Source: Acidimicrobiales bacterium (GTDB taxonomy: Bacteria > Actinomycetota > Acidimicrobiia > Acidimicrobiales > MedAcidi-G1). Taken from it: a stretch of DNA of 64,000 bases. The DNA lies in the NCBI GenBank assembly GCA_029242745.1, contig JAQWTI010000034.1, positions 24 to 64,023 of the forward strand. The letters run 5' to 3'. Below, piece by piece: positions 27,215-36,432 of the stretch. Within the stretch, counting starts at the first letter, position 1. Each line of letters opens with the position of its first letter. The notes below the pieces were generated by a model, which was not told the DNA's origin, did not search any database, and was given only the letters and a program-made list of their open reading frames with translations. The position numbers and the translations under genes were made by a program.

Positions 27215-28746
27215 TCGAACCGGATCATTCGTATGCCGTCGAGGCGCGGGGCATTTCCAAGTATTTCGGAGGTGTCGCCGCCCTCGACGGTGTCGACTTT
27301 AAAGTTCATTGGGGCGAGGTCCATGCTCTCCTAGGTGAGAACGGTGCTGGAAAGACCACACTTTCCAACATTCTTGCTGGCATATATCGGGCGGACTCAG
27401 GTGAGATTGCCGTTGATGGACTCACCCATGAGGTTCGCACGCCTGCCCAGGCGATCGAAGCTGGAATTGGAATGGTTCACCAGCATTTCAAGCTCGTCGA
27501 AACTATGACAGTGGCCGAGAACGTCCACCTCGGTTGGCCTGATACCCCAACCTTGGTCAGCCAGCGGGTGTTGGTAGACCGGACTAACCATTTGATGGAA
27601 GAAATCGGACTTCATGTCGACCCGACTGCGAAGGTCTGGCAATTGTCGGTTGGAGAACAACAGCGAGTTGAGATCCTTAGAGTGTTAGCGCGAGGAGCCC
27701 AAATACTCATCCTCGACGAACCCACGGCGGTCCTGACTTCCCACGAAGCCAGAGACTTGTTCAAGGTCATGCGCGACCTCGTTTCGGGCGGCCGGACAGT
27801 CATCTTCATAAGTCACAAACTGAATGAAGTGCTCGAAGTTTCCGATCAGATCACAGTTCTCCGCGACGGGGTTCATGAGGTCACACGTTCGGCTGAAGGA
27901 GCGACACCGCGAGAGCTGGCACGGTTGATGACTGGTGAGGAAAGAACTCTTGAGGTTGAACATCGAGAGATTACGGGAGAAACTGTTCTGCAGCTCGAGG
28001 GTGTAACGGCGAGCAATGACCGCGGCGTTGTTGCTCTCAGCAGCGTTGATCTAGTAGCGCGGTCAGGTGAAATTCTTGGAATAGCCGGGGTGTCTGGCAA
28101 CGGCCAGACTGAACTTGCTGAGGTCATCTCAGCTATGCGCAGAGTGGACGGCGGGACAATCACTGTTGATGGCGAAGATGTTGCCAATGGCCTGGTCCGG
28201 AAGGTCACCGACCTTGGAGTTGGTCATATACCAGAGGATCGCATCGGTGTTGGCATAGTTGGGTCAGCCTCCGTTAAGGACAACGCTGTTCTCAGGCACT
28301 ACTGGACTGAGGGGTTATCGAGTGGCGTCACGCTGTTTCGCCAGGCAGTTGTCGACTTTGCGACCCGCTTGGTCGAAGTTGCTCGCGTGCAAACCCGATC
28401 AATTACTGCCACTGCCGGTCAGATGTCAGGGGGGAATCAGCAGCGTCTCGTAGCCCGACGTGAGGCCCTATTAGCGACCCGAGTGCTGATAGCCGTTCAC
28501 CCCACGCGTGGTCTAGACGTGCTTGCTGCTCAAGAGGTGCAAACCGCCGTAATCGGACAGCGCGATAGAGGTGCAGCTGTTCTCTTCATCTCGGACGATC
28601 TCGATGAAGTTCTCCTGATGAGTGACCGGATTGCAGTGATGTACGAAGGGCGCATCATGGGGATCTTCGATCGGGTAGATGCAGATCGTGAGGCGATTGG
28701 TTTGATGATGGGCGGCCACACGCTCGAAGAAGCGATGGCTAAATGA
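27211..28746 (+). CDS. ABC transporter ATP-binding protein, duplicated-domain (ribose/nucleoside type)
   Basis: GTGA overlap with the SBP stop. Walker A GENGAGKTT and degenerate GVSGNGQTE. Signatures LSVGEQQR and MSGGNQQR. Confidence 0.9.
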   Translation: MIEPDHSYAVEARGISKYFGGVAALDGVDFKVHWGEVHALLGENGAGKTTLSNILAGIYRADSGEIAVDGLTHEVRTPAQAIEAGIGMVHQHFKLVETMTVAENVHLGWPDTPTLVSQRVLVDRTNHLMEEIGLHVDPTAKVWQLSVGEQQRVEILRVLARGAQILILDEPTAVLTSHEARDLFKVMRDLVSGGRTVIFISHKLNEVLEVSDQITVLRDGVHEVTRSAEGATPRELARLMTGEERTLEVEHREITGETVLQLEGVTASNDRGVVALSSVDLVARSGEILGIAGVSGNGQTELAEVISAMRRVDGGTITVDGEDVANGLVRKVTDLGVGHIPEDRIGVGIVGSASVKDNAVLRHYWTEGLSSGVTLFRQAVVDFATRLVEVARVQTRSITATAGQMSGGNQQRLVARREALLATRVLIAVHPTRGLDVLAAQEVQTAVIGQRDRGAAVLFISDDLDEVLLMSDRIAVMYEGRIMGIFDRVDADREAIGLMMGGHTLEEAMAK

Positions 28747-29825
28747 GCACCTATCGTTTGGAGCGCCGACTCGAAGTCGACACGAAGAAGCAAGCACTCA
28801 CAAGAGTTGCTGGCGCGTTAATTGCCATGGCCGTAGCCGGGCTCGTTCTGTTGCTGACAGGTCGAAACTCGTTCAAAATTCTTTTTGATGGACTCGAAGC
28901 GATCTTCGGCAGTCAACGAGGCCTAGAAGGTGTAGCGCTCCGGGCCATTCCGATTCTCATGACAGCACTCGCCGTTGCGTTGTCGCTTCGCATGAAGATA
29001 TGGAATATTGGTTCGGGTGGTCAGTTTCTTATGGGTGCGTTCGCGGCACTTGGAGTCGGCATCCATGTGAACGGCCCGGGCTGGCTTGTCTTGATCTTGA
29101 TGGCACTTGCAGCGCTAGTCGCTGGTTCTCTATGGATTTTAGTTCCAGCGCTTGCCCGCGCCTATTGGGACGTCAATGAGATCATCACAACCTTGCTGCT
29201 CAACTTCGTCGCGGCACAGTTGGTGACCTGGGCTTCAATTGGATTTTGGCGTGATACTGAGGCAGCTGTTATTCAGTCCACCAAACGGGTGCCCTACAGG
29301 CTTGCTGAGTTGCCAGGCACCGACTCGTTGACTATTGCTCTATTGGTGCCGTTCGTCATCGCTTTAGTGCTGTTCTGGATATTTCGTTCGACGACTATTG
29401 GTTTTGAGATCGACACCATAGGAGGCAACGCGCGGGCTGCGGCCTTTGCCGGGATAAACGTTCGCCGCCGGATACTGCTGGTGATGCTCTGTACCGGAGC
29501 GATAGCGGGCCTTGGTGGAATGTTGCAACTTAGTGCCCCGGGGGCACGGCAACTCGGTCCAGGATACGAAGCGCAGTTTGGACTAACCGGCTTCATCGTT
29601 GCGGCCCTTGCCGGAGGGGCAATGATGGGCGTGTTAGTTGGTGGAACCTTCATTGCCTCGATGTTCTTTGCTGGCTTGGTGCTTCAGACCAAAGGCCTAT
29701 CCGTCTACATCATCTTTGGCATATATGGCCTAATTCTCACCGGGGTCGCGTTAGGCGAAATGGCTGCTAGATATCGACTGGTTCGGGTAGGGGATGCGGT
29801 TAGTAGCGAAAGAGTTGCATCATGA
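28743..29825 (+). CDS. ABC transporter permease (BPD_transp_2 type)
   Basis: ATGA overlap. Multi-TM protein typical of ribose/nucleoside-type permeases. Confidence 0.8.
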   Translation: MSTYRLERRLEVDTKKQALTRVAGALIAMAVAGLVLLLTGRNSFKILFDGLEAIFGSQRGLEGVALRAIPILMTALAVALSLRMKIWNIGSGGQFLMGAFAALGVGIHVNGPGWLVLILMALAALVAGSLWILVPALARAYWDVNEIITTLLLNFVAAQLVTWASIGFWRDTEAAVIQSTKRVPYRLAELPGTDSLTIALLVPFVIALVLFWIFRSTTIGFEIDTIGGNARAAAFAGINVRRRILLVMLCTGAIAGLGGMLQLSAPGARQLGPGYEAQFGLTGFIVAALAGGAMMGVLVGGTFIASMFFAGLVLQTKGLSVYIIFGIYGLILTGVALGEMAARYRLVRVGDAVSSERVAS

Positions 29826-30805
29826 CCTTTGCTCTCATCGAGAACGGCTTCCTCAGTCTCATCAGCTCCGCTATTCCTGCAAGCACCGTGGTTGTGCTTG
29901 CAGCTCTTGGTTGCCTAGTCGGAGAACGGGTGGGGGTCCTAAATTTGGGGCAAGAAGGCCTTATAGGCATAGGAGGGGTCTACGCGGTGATAGCCGTTGT
30001 GACTTGGGGTGTGGGTAGCCCTTGGGTCGCACTTGCCATAGGCATGGCAGCGGCAGGTATTGCTGGCCTGATGTTCGCTGTTGCCGTTGTGGTATTTAGA
30101 GCCAGCCAAGTGTTGGTTGGTCTGGCTCTGGCGCTAGGCGGGATCGGGTTGTCAAATCAGTTGGGAACCAACCGAAATGGCGTTCAGGTGAGAACGCAGT
30201 TCAGCGAGTTCAGTCTTGGCGGCAGCCTCGTCGATGGAGGTGTTCGTGAAGCCCTCTTCGCACATGACCCGATGGTCTACGTCGCGTATGTGTTACTCCC
30301 GCTTACTCTTTGGTTCATCCTGTTCCGCACCCGGCACGGGATGAATATGCGGGCAGTAGGTGAGAATCCAGCTGCAGCAGATGCTGTCGGTGTCAGCGTG
30401 ACCTGGTCCCGTATCGGCTACAGCGTTCTGGGTGCTGCGATTTCCGGAGCTGGAGGCGCATATATGGTGCTCTCATTCACGCCTACCTGGTCACCTGATA
30501 TAGCACGAGGTCGAGGCTGGGTTGCTCTCGCAGTCGTGATCTTCGCTGGTTGGCGGCCGGTCCGGGCTGTATTCGGAGCACTGCTCTACGGCACGATGTT
30601 CTCCTTAGGACTCACAGCACAGGCACGAGGTTGGGGCTTTCTGTTCAATGCTACGGACCTCGCTTTCTTCCTCTCGATGTTGCCATTTCTTGTGACCCTG
30701 GCGGCCATTCTCCTGCCTGCTGGTGCAGCCAAGATAGGGAAAAGGGTTCGTTCCACTGCCGCACCTGCGGCACTTGCCATCCCCTACTCCCGTGAGGAAC
30801 GGTAG
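29822..30805 (+). CDS. ABC transporter permease (BPD_transp_2 type)
   Basis: ATGA overlap. Multi-TM. Paralogous to the preceding permease. Confidence 0.8.
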   Translation: MTFALIENGFLSLISSAIPASTVVVLAALGCLVGERVGVLNLGQEGLIGIGGVYAVIAVVTWGVGSPWVALAIGMAAAGIAGLMFAVAVVVFRASQVLVGLALALGGIGLSNQLGTNRNGVQVRTQFSEFSLGGSLVDGGVREALFAHDPMVYVAYVLLPLTLWFILFRTRHGMNMRAVGENPAAADAVGVSVTWSRIGYSVLGAAISGAGGAYMVLSFTPTWSPDIARGRGWVALAVVIFAGWRPVRAVFGALLYGTMFSLGLTAQARGWGFLFNATDLAFFLSMLPFLVTLAAILLPAGAAKIGKRVRSTAAPAALAIPYSREER

Positions 30806-30823
30806 GGCAAAGAGGTCATTGCT

Positions 30824-31816
30824 GTGGGCAACATCCGTGATGAGTGGTTCCCCATTGCTAGTTCTGCCGACTTGCAGCCAGGAACGTGTTCAGCGTTGAC
30901 GTTGCTCGAAAATCGGTTGCTTCTGGGTGTCGGGAAAGATGGTCAACCATCACTGTTTCCTGACACGTGCCCTCACCGTGGGGCTCAACTGAGTCTCGGC
31001 TCATTTGACGGTGCGAAGTTCCAATGCCCCTACCATGGTTGGGAGTTCGGGCTCGATGGACGGTGCCTGCACCAGCCGGCCCATCCTGGCCGTGACCCAT
31101 CGGCGGCCTCAACTCTGCCGTCTTATTTGCTCCGTGAGGGATACGGATTGCTGTGGGCATGTTTAGGCGATAACCCAAAGTGTCTGCCAACGTACCCGGA
31201 ATACGAGGACGGCACTGGTCGAAGCCTTGTGCTGAAGGCAGCCCCGTTCGCTAGCTCAGGCCCGCGAATTATTGAGAACTTCCTTGACCTCGCACACTTT
31301 CCGTTTGTGCACGAGGGATACCTTGGTGATCCGCGAATCGCCGGCATCGACAGATACGTCGTTGAAGTCGTAGACGGAATGCTACGCCTCAGTGAGGTGT
31401 CGGTTTGGCAGCCAAATCCAGGGCCATTGGCGACCAGTGGGGGACCAGTGTCCTACGAGTACACCGTCTCACATCCTTATGCGGCAACCCTTGCGAAGAC
31501 CCCGAGCGAGGTTGATGGTGGGGAGCGCAGTGGCTTTTCAATTCTTTTGGTCGCTAGTCCCGTCAACGAGACCGAATGTTTAGTTTGGCGCGTCGTAACA
31601 GTTCGTGATCCTGGAGTAGACACCGATGCGCAGCGTGCCTTCAATCGCACAATCTTTGAGCAAGACATCAACGTGGTGGAATCGCAGCTTCCTAAGAGGT
31701 TGCCACTGGACTTACGTGCCGAAGTGCACCAACCAGCCGACGCTGGAAGCCTTGCCTACCGTAAGTGGCTCATCGATCGCGGAACGTCGTATGGGACGGT
31801 ACCCAAGACTGAATAG
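30824..31816 (+). CDS. Rieske non-heme-iron oxygenase, alpha-only VanA/NdmA/NdmB-like (complete)
   Basis: GTG start. Rieske CPHRG...CPYHGW and iron motif ENFLDLAHFPFVH. The C-terminal AYRKWLIDRGTSYGTVPKT tail is shared with ORF 18946..19860. Confidence 0.85.
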   Translation: MGNIRDEWFPIASSADLQPGTCSALTLLENRLLLGVGKDGQPSLFPDTCPHRGAQLSLGSFDGAKFQCPYHGWEFGLDGRCLHQPAHPGRDPSAASTLPSYLLREGYGLLWACLGDNPKCLPTYPEYEDGTGRSLVLKAAPFASSGPRIIENFLDLAHFPFVHEGYLGDPRIAGIDRYVVEVVDGMLRLSEVSVWQPNPGPLATSGGPVSYEYTVSHPYAATLAKTPSEVDGGERSGFSILLVASPVNETECLVWRVVTVRDPGVDTDAQRAFNRTIFEQDINVVESQLPKRLPLDLRAEVHQPADAGSLAYRKWLIDRGTSYGTVPKTE

Positions 31817-31926
31817 TTGCGAGGCAACTGGCTCATAGGGTTGCCACGGTTCGGCTGACACACTTGGCCCCTCCTGGCGTAGAAACTGCGTATCGGTCGC
31901 ACCACACCGAACCGTAGGATGGCGCC

Positions 31927-32217
31927 GTGGCCCACACTGTCTTCGTAGAGTTTAGATGTCAGCCAGGAAAGAGGGAAAAGCTCCTCTCGTCGCTCCTGCC
32001 TGCGTTGGATGAAACGAGAGCCTTCGCTGGCTGTCGTTCAATCGATACTTATGTTGATTGCAACGACCCTGACTTGGTGTTGCTTTGGGAGCATTGAGAT
32101 GCGGCTCACGATCATGCCGCCTACATGGCATGGCGGACTGAGGAAGGGCTGCTCGATCGACTCGGTCCGTTGTTCCGTGGAGATGCACGGGTCGTTCACA
32201 TGAATAAAGCTCTGTAG
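31927..32217 (+). pseudogene. ABM (antibiotic-biosynthesis-monooxygenase-like) domain gene interrupted by one in-frame TGA at 32095..32097
   Basis: My own translation from the GTG at 31927: VAHTVFVEFRCQPGKREKLLSSLLPALDETRAFAGCRSIDTYVDCNDPDLVLLWEH*DAAHDHAAYMAWRTEEGLLDRLGPLFRGDARVVHMNKAL*. The 96 codons match ABM-domain length and pattern. Both halves fall below the 60-aa ORF-track cutoff. Confidence 0.6.
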
Positions 32218-32229
32218 GGGAAAGTTCGA

Positions 32230-33213
32230 ATGATTTCAGTTCCGACAGTTGACATCGGTCCCGCTTTGGCCGGGGAGCCCGGCGCAGTAGCCAGAGCGGC
32301 TGCCGCCCTTGACGCTGCGTGCACGACCAGCGGCTTCTTCGTACTCACCGGTCATGGGGTCCCGTCGGAACTGGTCGAAGAGGTGATGGCTCAAGGAAGA
32401 AAATTTTTCTGTTTGCCTTTCGAGGAAAAGCAGCGAGTGGCTCCACCGGGGCCTGAACACTACCGGGGCTATCTCGGTATGGACACGACCTCGCTTGCCG
32501 CGACCCTCGGCAATGAGGCGCCTCCCGACCTGTGCGAGTCGTTCAACATCAATCGTTTCGACGACCCTGCAGTTCGAAGTCGGGCATACGTTGAGGGGGC
32601 AGAGGCCGCCGTGCACCCCAACTTGTGGCCAGAGAACCCGGCGGAGTTGCGACCTGTGCTGGAGCGTTACTACGCAGAAATGGAGCAACTGTGCGTAGGG
32701 TTGCTGCCGATTTTCGCAGGAGCGCTCGACCTCCCCTCAACGTGGTTCGACGACAAGGTGGCAGAGCACACTGCGTTGCTGCTGCTGAACTGGTATCCGC
32801 CAGTCAGTGGTGCGGCCCGGCCAGCACAGCTCCGGCGTGGCGCACACACCGACTATGGCGCATTCACGATTGTGGCTGCTGAGCAGATCCCAGGGCTGCA
32901 GATTCTCCTTGACGACAACTGGGTGGATGTACCGGCAGTGCCGGGTGGGTTCGTCGTGAACCTCGGCGATCTTATGGCGCGTTGGACCAACGATCGTTGG
33001 GTTTCCACCCTTCACCGGGTGGTGATCCCTGACGGGGCTGATCAGGAACGGGATCGCATGTCGGTGCCGTACTTCTTTCAGCCCTCCTACGGTGCGCTCA
33101 TAGAGACAATCCCGACCACGGTGACGACTAGCCGTCCCTCGAGGTACGAACCGGTGATTTCAGGCAAGTGGATTACCGCCAAATCCATGTCGATGCTTGA
33201 AGACCAAGAATGA
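32230..33213 (+). CDS. 2-oxoglutarate/Fe(II)-dependent oxygenase (isopenicillin-N-synthase-like family)
   Basis: HTDYGAFTIV (HxD), STLHRV (distal His), RMSVPYFFQP (RxS). Confidence 0.85.
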   Translation: MISVPTVDIGPALAGEPGAVARAAAALDAACTTSGFFVLTGHGVPSELVEEVMAQGRKFFCLPFEEKQRVAPPGPEHYRGYLGMDTTSLAATLGNEAPPDLCESFNINRFDDPAVRSRAYVEGAEAAVHPNLWPENPAELRPVLERYYAEMEQLCVGLLPIFAGALDLPSTWFDDKVAEHTALLLLNWYPPVSGAARPAQLRRGAHTDYGAFTIVAAEQIPGLQILLDDNWVDVPAVPGGFVVNLGDLMARWTNDRWVSTLHRVVIPDGADQERDRMSVPYFFQPSYGALIETIPTTVTTSRPSRYEPVISGKWITAKSMSMLEDQE

Positions 33214-33268
33214 GCGTCAACTTCCGACTTGTAAAGAAGTCTTGGCTCCTGCGTGTTCCGTGTTGCTG

Positions 33269-34288
33269 CTAACGAGCGGATGGTTGGATTAAAATCTTCA
33301 TATGAGTAGTTTCGGCGGCGCTTAACTCGTTAAACGCTTCTTCTGCGTTGTCTAACGAGACGACGCCAGTGACCATAGACCCGACCGGGATGACGCCAGA
33401 GGCCAATAGGGCGATTGCCCTCCCAAAGTCAGCGCGGGTATAGCCCGCAGCACCATTCACGTGAATTTCCTTCATTATCAAAGTATCGATGTCGATTTCA
33501 GAGCGCTTCATAGGCAGGCCAACGAGCACTAATCTGCCTTGCCGTCGCAACAACTTGAGAGCGGTATTGGTTGCGTTAGCTGAACCGGCACACTCGATTA
33601 CGGCTATTGGGTCCCTTGCCCCAAGGACGTTGAGACTGCTGGTTGGGTCTTCGTCTACCACAGTGTTAAACCCAAGGTTTTCTGCGATTTTCGCTCGAGC
33701 GGGATTCTGCTCGAGGATGACGACATTTTGGCTTCCCTGTGCCCTTAGAGCGACGCCGGTCAGGACGCCAATAGGGCCGGCGCCAATGACCAGGACCGGC
33801 TCTTGCGGGTCGAGATCCGCAACGGTCGCAGCAGCCCTGACCGAGACTGCTACCGGCTCGGTGAAGGCGCCGTGCTGCGGCGGCATGGAGTCAGGCAGAG
33901 GGTAGAGGGAGCCCGAATCCACGATGGCAGTATCTGCGTACCCTCCCGGCATGTGAACTCCTAAAACGCGACCGTTGTGCCCGCCGTTAAGACACTGAGT
34001 TTCATTTCCTACGCGGCAAAATGGACACTGACCGCAGTTTGTATACGGGAGGACAGCGACCGTATCTCCCGCCGACCAGCCGGTCACTTCGTGGCCGATT
34101 TCGCGAACTGTCCCAGCAAACTCATGACCGAATACCGCTCCTGGCCTGACCACTTTCCGCATGTGAAGGTCGGTCCCGCAGATGCCACAGAAGGTGACGT
34201 CGATGCGCACTTCTCCAGGGGTCAGGGTCCGGTCCGGTCGTTCAACAACCACGAGTTCACGAAACGCTCCAACTTGGACAACTCTCAT
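33269..34288 (-). CDS. zinc-dependent medium-chain alcohol/polyol dehydrogenase
   Basis: CGICGTDLH, GHEFAGTV, structural-zinc CGQCPFCRVGNETQC, GAGPIG Rossmann motif. Confidence 0.85.
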   Translation of the reverse strand: MRVVQVGAFRELVVVERPDRTLTPGEVRIDVTFCGICGTDLHMRKVVRPGAVFGHEFAGTVREIGHEVTGWSAGDTVAVLPYTNCGQCPFCRVGNETQCLNGGHNGRVLGVHMPGGYADTAIVDSGSLYPLPDSMPPQHGAFTEPVAVSVRAAATVADLDPQEPVLVIGAGPIGVLTGVALRAQGSQNVVILEQNPARAKIAENLGFNTVVDEDPTSSLNVLGARDPIAVIECAGSANATNTALKLLRRQGRLVLVGLPMKRSEIDIDTLIMKEIHVNGAAGYTRADFGRAIALLASGVIPVGSMVTGVVSLDNAEEAFNELSAAETTHMKILIQPSAR

Positions 34289-34588
34289 TAGGTCACAACC
34301 ATTTAGTTACCCCGCCTAGGTTTTACTTTGAATGGCTACTCGGGGGCAGCAGCCTCGTGGGCAATGTGGTAGCACCAATAGTCAAGGGTGGATTCAATGA
34401 ATGGGGTTGAACCGGATCGTAGAAGATGTGACCCGCCTGTGTGACCGAAGGATAAGTGCAGTGCAGTGAAGAAAGGCACCACACGTGAGTCCAGGCCAGT
34501 AATTATCTGACTTGGAAGCTGTGCGATCCAGCGAGAAGCACGCACCAGGCTCAAAGCCCGCTGTTGACCTTCTTGCCGTTTGGCTCCT

Positions 34589-35416
34589 TTACCCGACAGT
34601 GATCATTGAGATCGAAGTCACTGCAACTGCGAGCCCAATTGCCTGCCCCCCTGACACGCGTTCACGCAGAAAGAAGCGGGCTAGAAGAACAGTGACGGCA
34701 GGGTGAAGGCAACTAAGCACCGAGGAAATACTGAGGAGGCCGATGTTCAAGGCCTCCAAGAATAAAACGGCGGCGAGGACATCGGTAAAACTGGCGCCAG
34801 CGATGAACGGTCGCGCTCGAGAAGAGGCAATTGCGGGCCACGGCATTTTTGCAGCGACCAAGAGAACCACGATGGCCGGTAGAAGCCGGGCACCAAGGAC
34901 GGGCCATGGAGCAGAGATTGGGTCAGTGGTACTAATGATTATGTAGCCGAAACCGAAGCCCGTACCCGCCAGAACGCCGTTGATGATGGCGCCAAACTTC
35001 AAGTCGGAACCCCTCCAACCAGAGCCTGACACGAGAAGAATGGAGATAAGCCCAAGGGCCACGCCGATGAATTGCCAGACCGAAAGATGATCGCCGACGC
35101 CGAGCCCCCAGATCACTGGGAGGATGGCGCCCACTACACCCGTGATCGGCGCAACCGCAACCATATGGCTCCGCAACCCGAGGTAGAAAAATGCCACTCC
35201 GGCGGAGCCGAAAATTCCAGAGATTCCTCCGATTAGGAAGTCCCGAAAGATAAAACTTTCAGCGAGGAAGAATGCGAAGGGAAGTGCGAATAATGCGGCA
35301 AGCGCTTGATCCAGCACAAGCACCGCAAAGAGATTTGAACGACGTGCAGCTTGGCCGCCAAAGAAGGCTGCAAATCCCCAGAGAAAGGCCGAGGAGAGCG
35401 CCAGTGTGTTGGACAC
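34589..35416 (-). CDS. EamA/DMT-family transporter
   Basis: 275 aa, about 9-10 predicted TM helices, duplicated EamA-like halves. Confidence 0.7.
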   Translation of the reverse strand: MSNTLALSSAFLWGFAAFFGGQAARRSNLFAVLVLDQALAALFALPFAFFLAESFIFRDFLIGGISGIFGSAGVAFFYLGLRSHMVAVAPITGVVGAILPVIWGLGVGDHLSVWQFIGVALGLISILLVSGSGWRGSDLKFGAIINGVLAGTGFGFGYIIISTTDPISAPWPVLGARLLPAIVVLLVAAKMPWPAIASSRARPFIAGASFTDVLAAVLFLEALNIGLLSISSVLSCLHPAVTVLLARFFLRERVSGGQAIGLAVAVTSISMITVG

Positions 35417-35511
35417 CGTCGGAGCCTATTGCCTGACAGAATCTCCAGAAGTGTTGCTCGCTGCACCCATGCCGACGTGCGACGGTTGCCAGACGTAACT
35501 CGATTAACTAC

Positions 35512-35820
35512 CTACAGTTGATCGAGTTCTCTGGTTGAATGGATTAGGTCAACGAGAACGTCTCCGTGACAACTCAGTGGCGCACACCAGCAGCCCAGAC
35601 GCTGCCCAACAAGTTCCTGGAGTGACCCCATCAACTCTGGCTGCTTTACTATCCACTCGCGGTAAGCGTCGAGCACTCGTTCACGTTCGTCATCACTGTC
35701 GTCCTGAAGGACGAAGGGGTTGCCCCACTTGCTGGCGCTGCGGCCGTGCTCAGCTACTTCCCGGCCTATATAGACGTCGAAGTCTTCATGTAAATTATGG
35801 ACAACGGTGGTCTTGGACAA
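35512..35820 (-). CDS. DUF4326-like small protein
   Basis: DVYIGR...KWGNPF...GCWCAPLSCHGDVL pattern recalled from the DUF4326 family. Monocistronic. Confidence 0.5.
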   Translation of the reverse strand: MSKTTVVHNLHEDFDVYIGREVAEHGRSASKWGNPFVLQDDSDDERERVLDAYREWIVKQPELMGSLQELVGQRLGCWCAPLSCHGDVLVDLIHSTRELDQL

Positions 35821-36108
35821 GAGTGAACCTCTTTAAGTAGGTGTTTCCTGAGTTTGCTTCATCGTATTGCTGGTATGCCAATTGACTCTCAAGTAGCAAA
35901 CTGGAAGCTGAACTGTGGGCGCGGTGTCTCTGGTTTGACGCGTTGGCCGGCCGAATCCAAATTATTTCGCGAGTCGTAGTTTGTGGTCGAATCGAGTCAA
36001 CATCTCGTGAGAAACGGGCACTAGAACAGTGGTTTGCAGTTCGGTCGCCGATGACGAATATCCCCCGACGTCAGCAGGGAGAACGTTTACTCGATAGACC
36101 ATATAACT

Positions 36109-36432
36109 ATGTGTCCCACCCCGACCTCCAGAGCGCCTTCCGACGTCCAGGCCCGAACATTCTCTACATCAATGGTGGTGTCTGGAATTCGTTGCCTCCT
36201 AACTTACGTCCTGTTCCCGTGGCTGCTGCCGGCTCTCGGGGTTGCTACGAGTATTGGTCCAGCAATAGGTCTACCAATTGCCGTGGTGGCGATCTATTTC
36301 AACGTGACGAGTATTCTTCGTTTCAAAAGCGCGGGACATCGACTGAAGTGGCTGATTATCCCAATAAATGTCTCAGTGATTGCACTTCTTGTCGTTTTGA
36401 TGGGATTGGATATCGCTGACCTCAATGGATAA
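36109..36432 (+). CDS. small integral membrane protein (unknown function)
   Basis: Three hydrophobic helices. Chosen over the overlapping Arg/Cys-rich frame 35943..36419. 8-nt overlap with the next gene. Start uncertain. Confidence 0.45.
   Translation: MCPTPTSRAPSDVQARTFSTSMVVSGIRCLLTYVLFPWLLPALGVATSIGPAIGLPIAVVAIYFNVTSILRFKSAGHRLKWLIIPINVSVIALLVVLMGLDIADLNG

Noticed and set aside
32095-32097. TGA reassigned genome-wide (code 4/25-like) as an explanation for the in-frame stop in the ABM gene.
   Set aside because: TGA terminates many well-supported genes at the expected protein ends, for example 5042..5044, 14998..15000, 19858..19860 and 27212..27214, so the standard code applies.
34336-34554. 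A 72-aa minus-strand ORF in the 300-bp gap between the ADH and EamA genes.
   Set aside because: No RBS, no recognisable motif, and atypical composition. Insufficient support.
35943-36419. A 158-aa plus-strand ORF overlapping 36109..36432.
   Set aside because: The translation is Arg/Cys/Ser-rich and not protein-like. The alternative frame gives a clean three-helix membrane protein coupled to the next gene.
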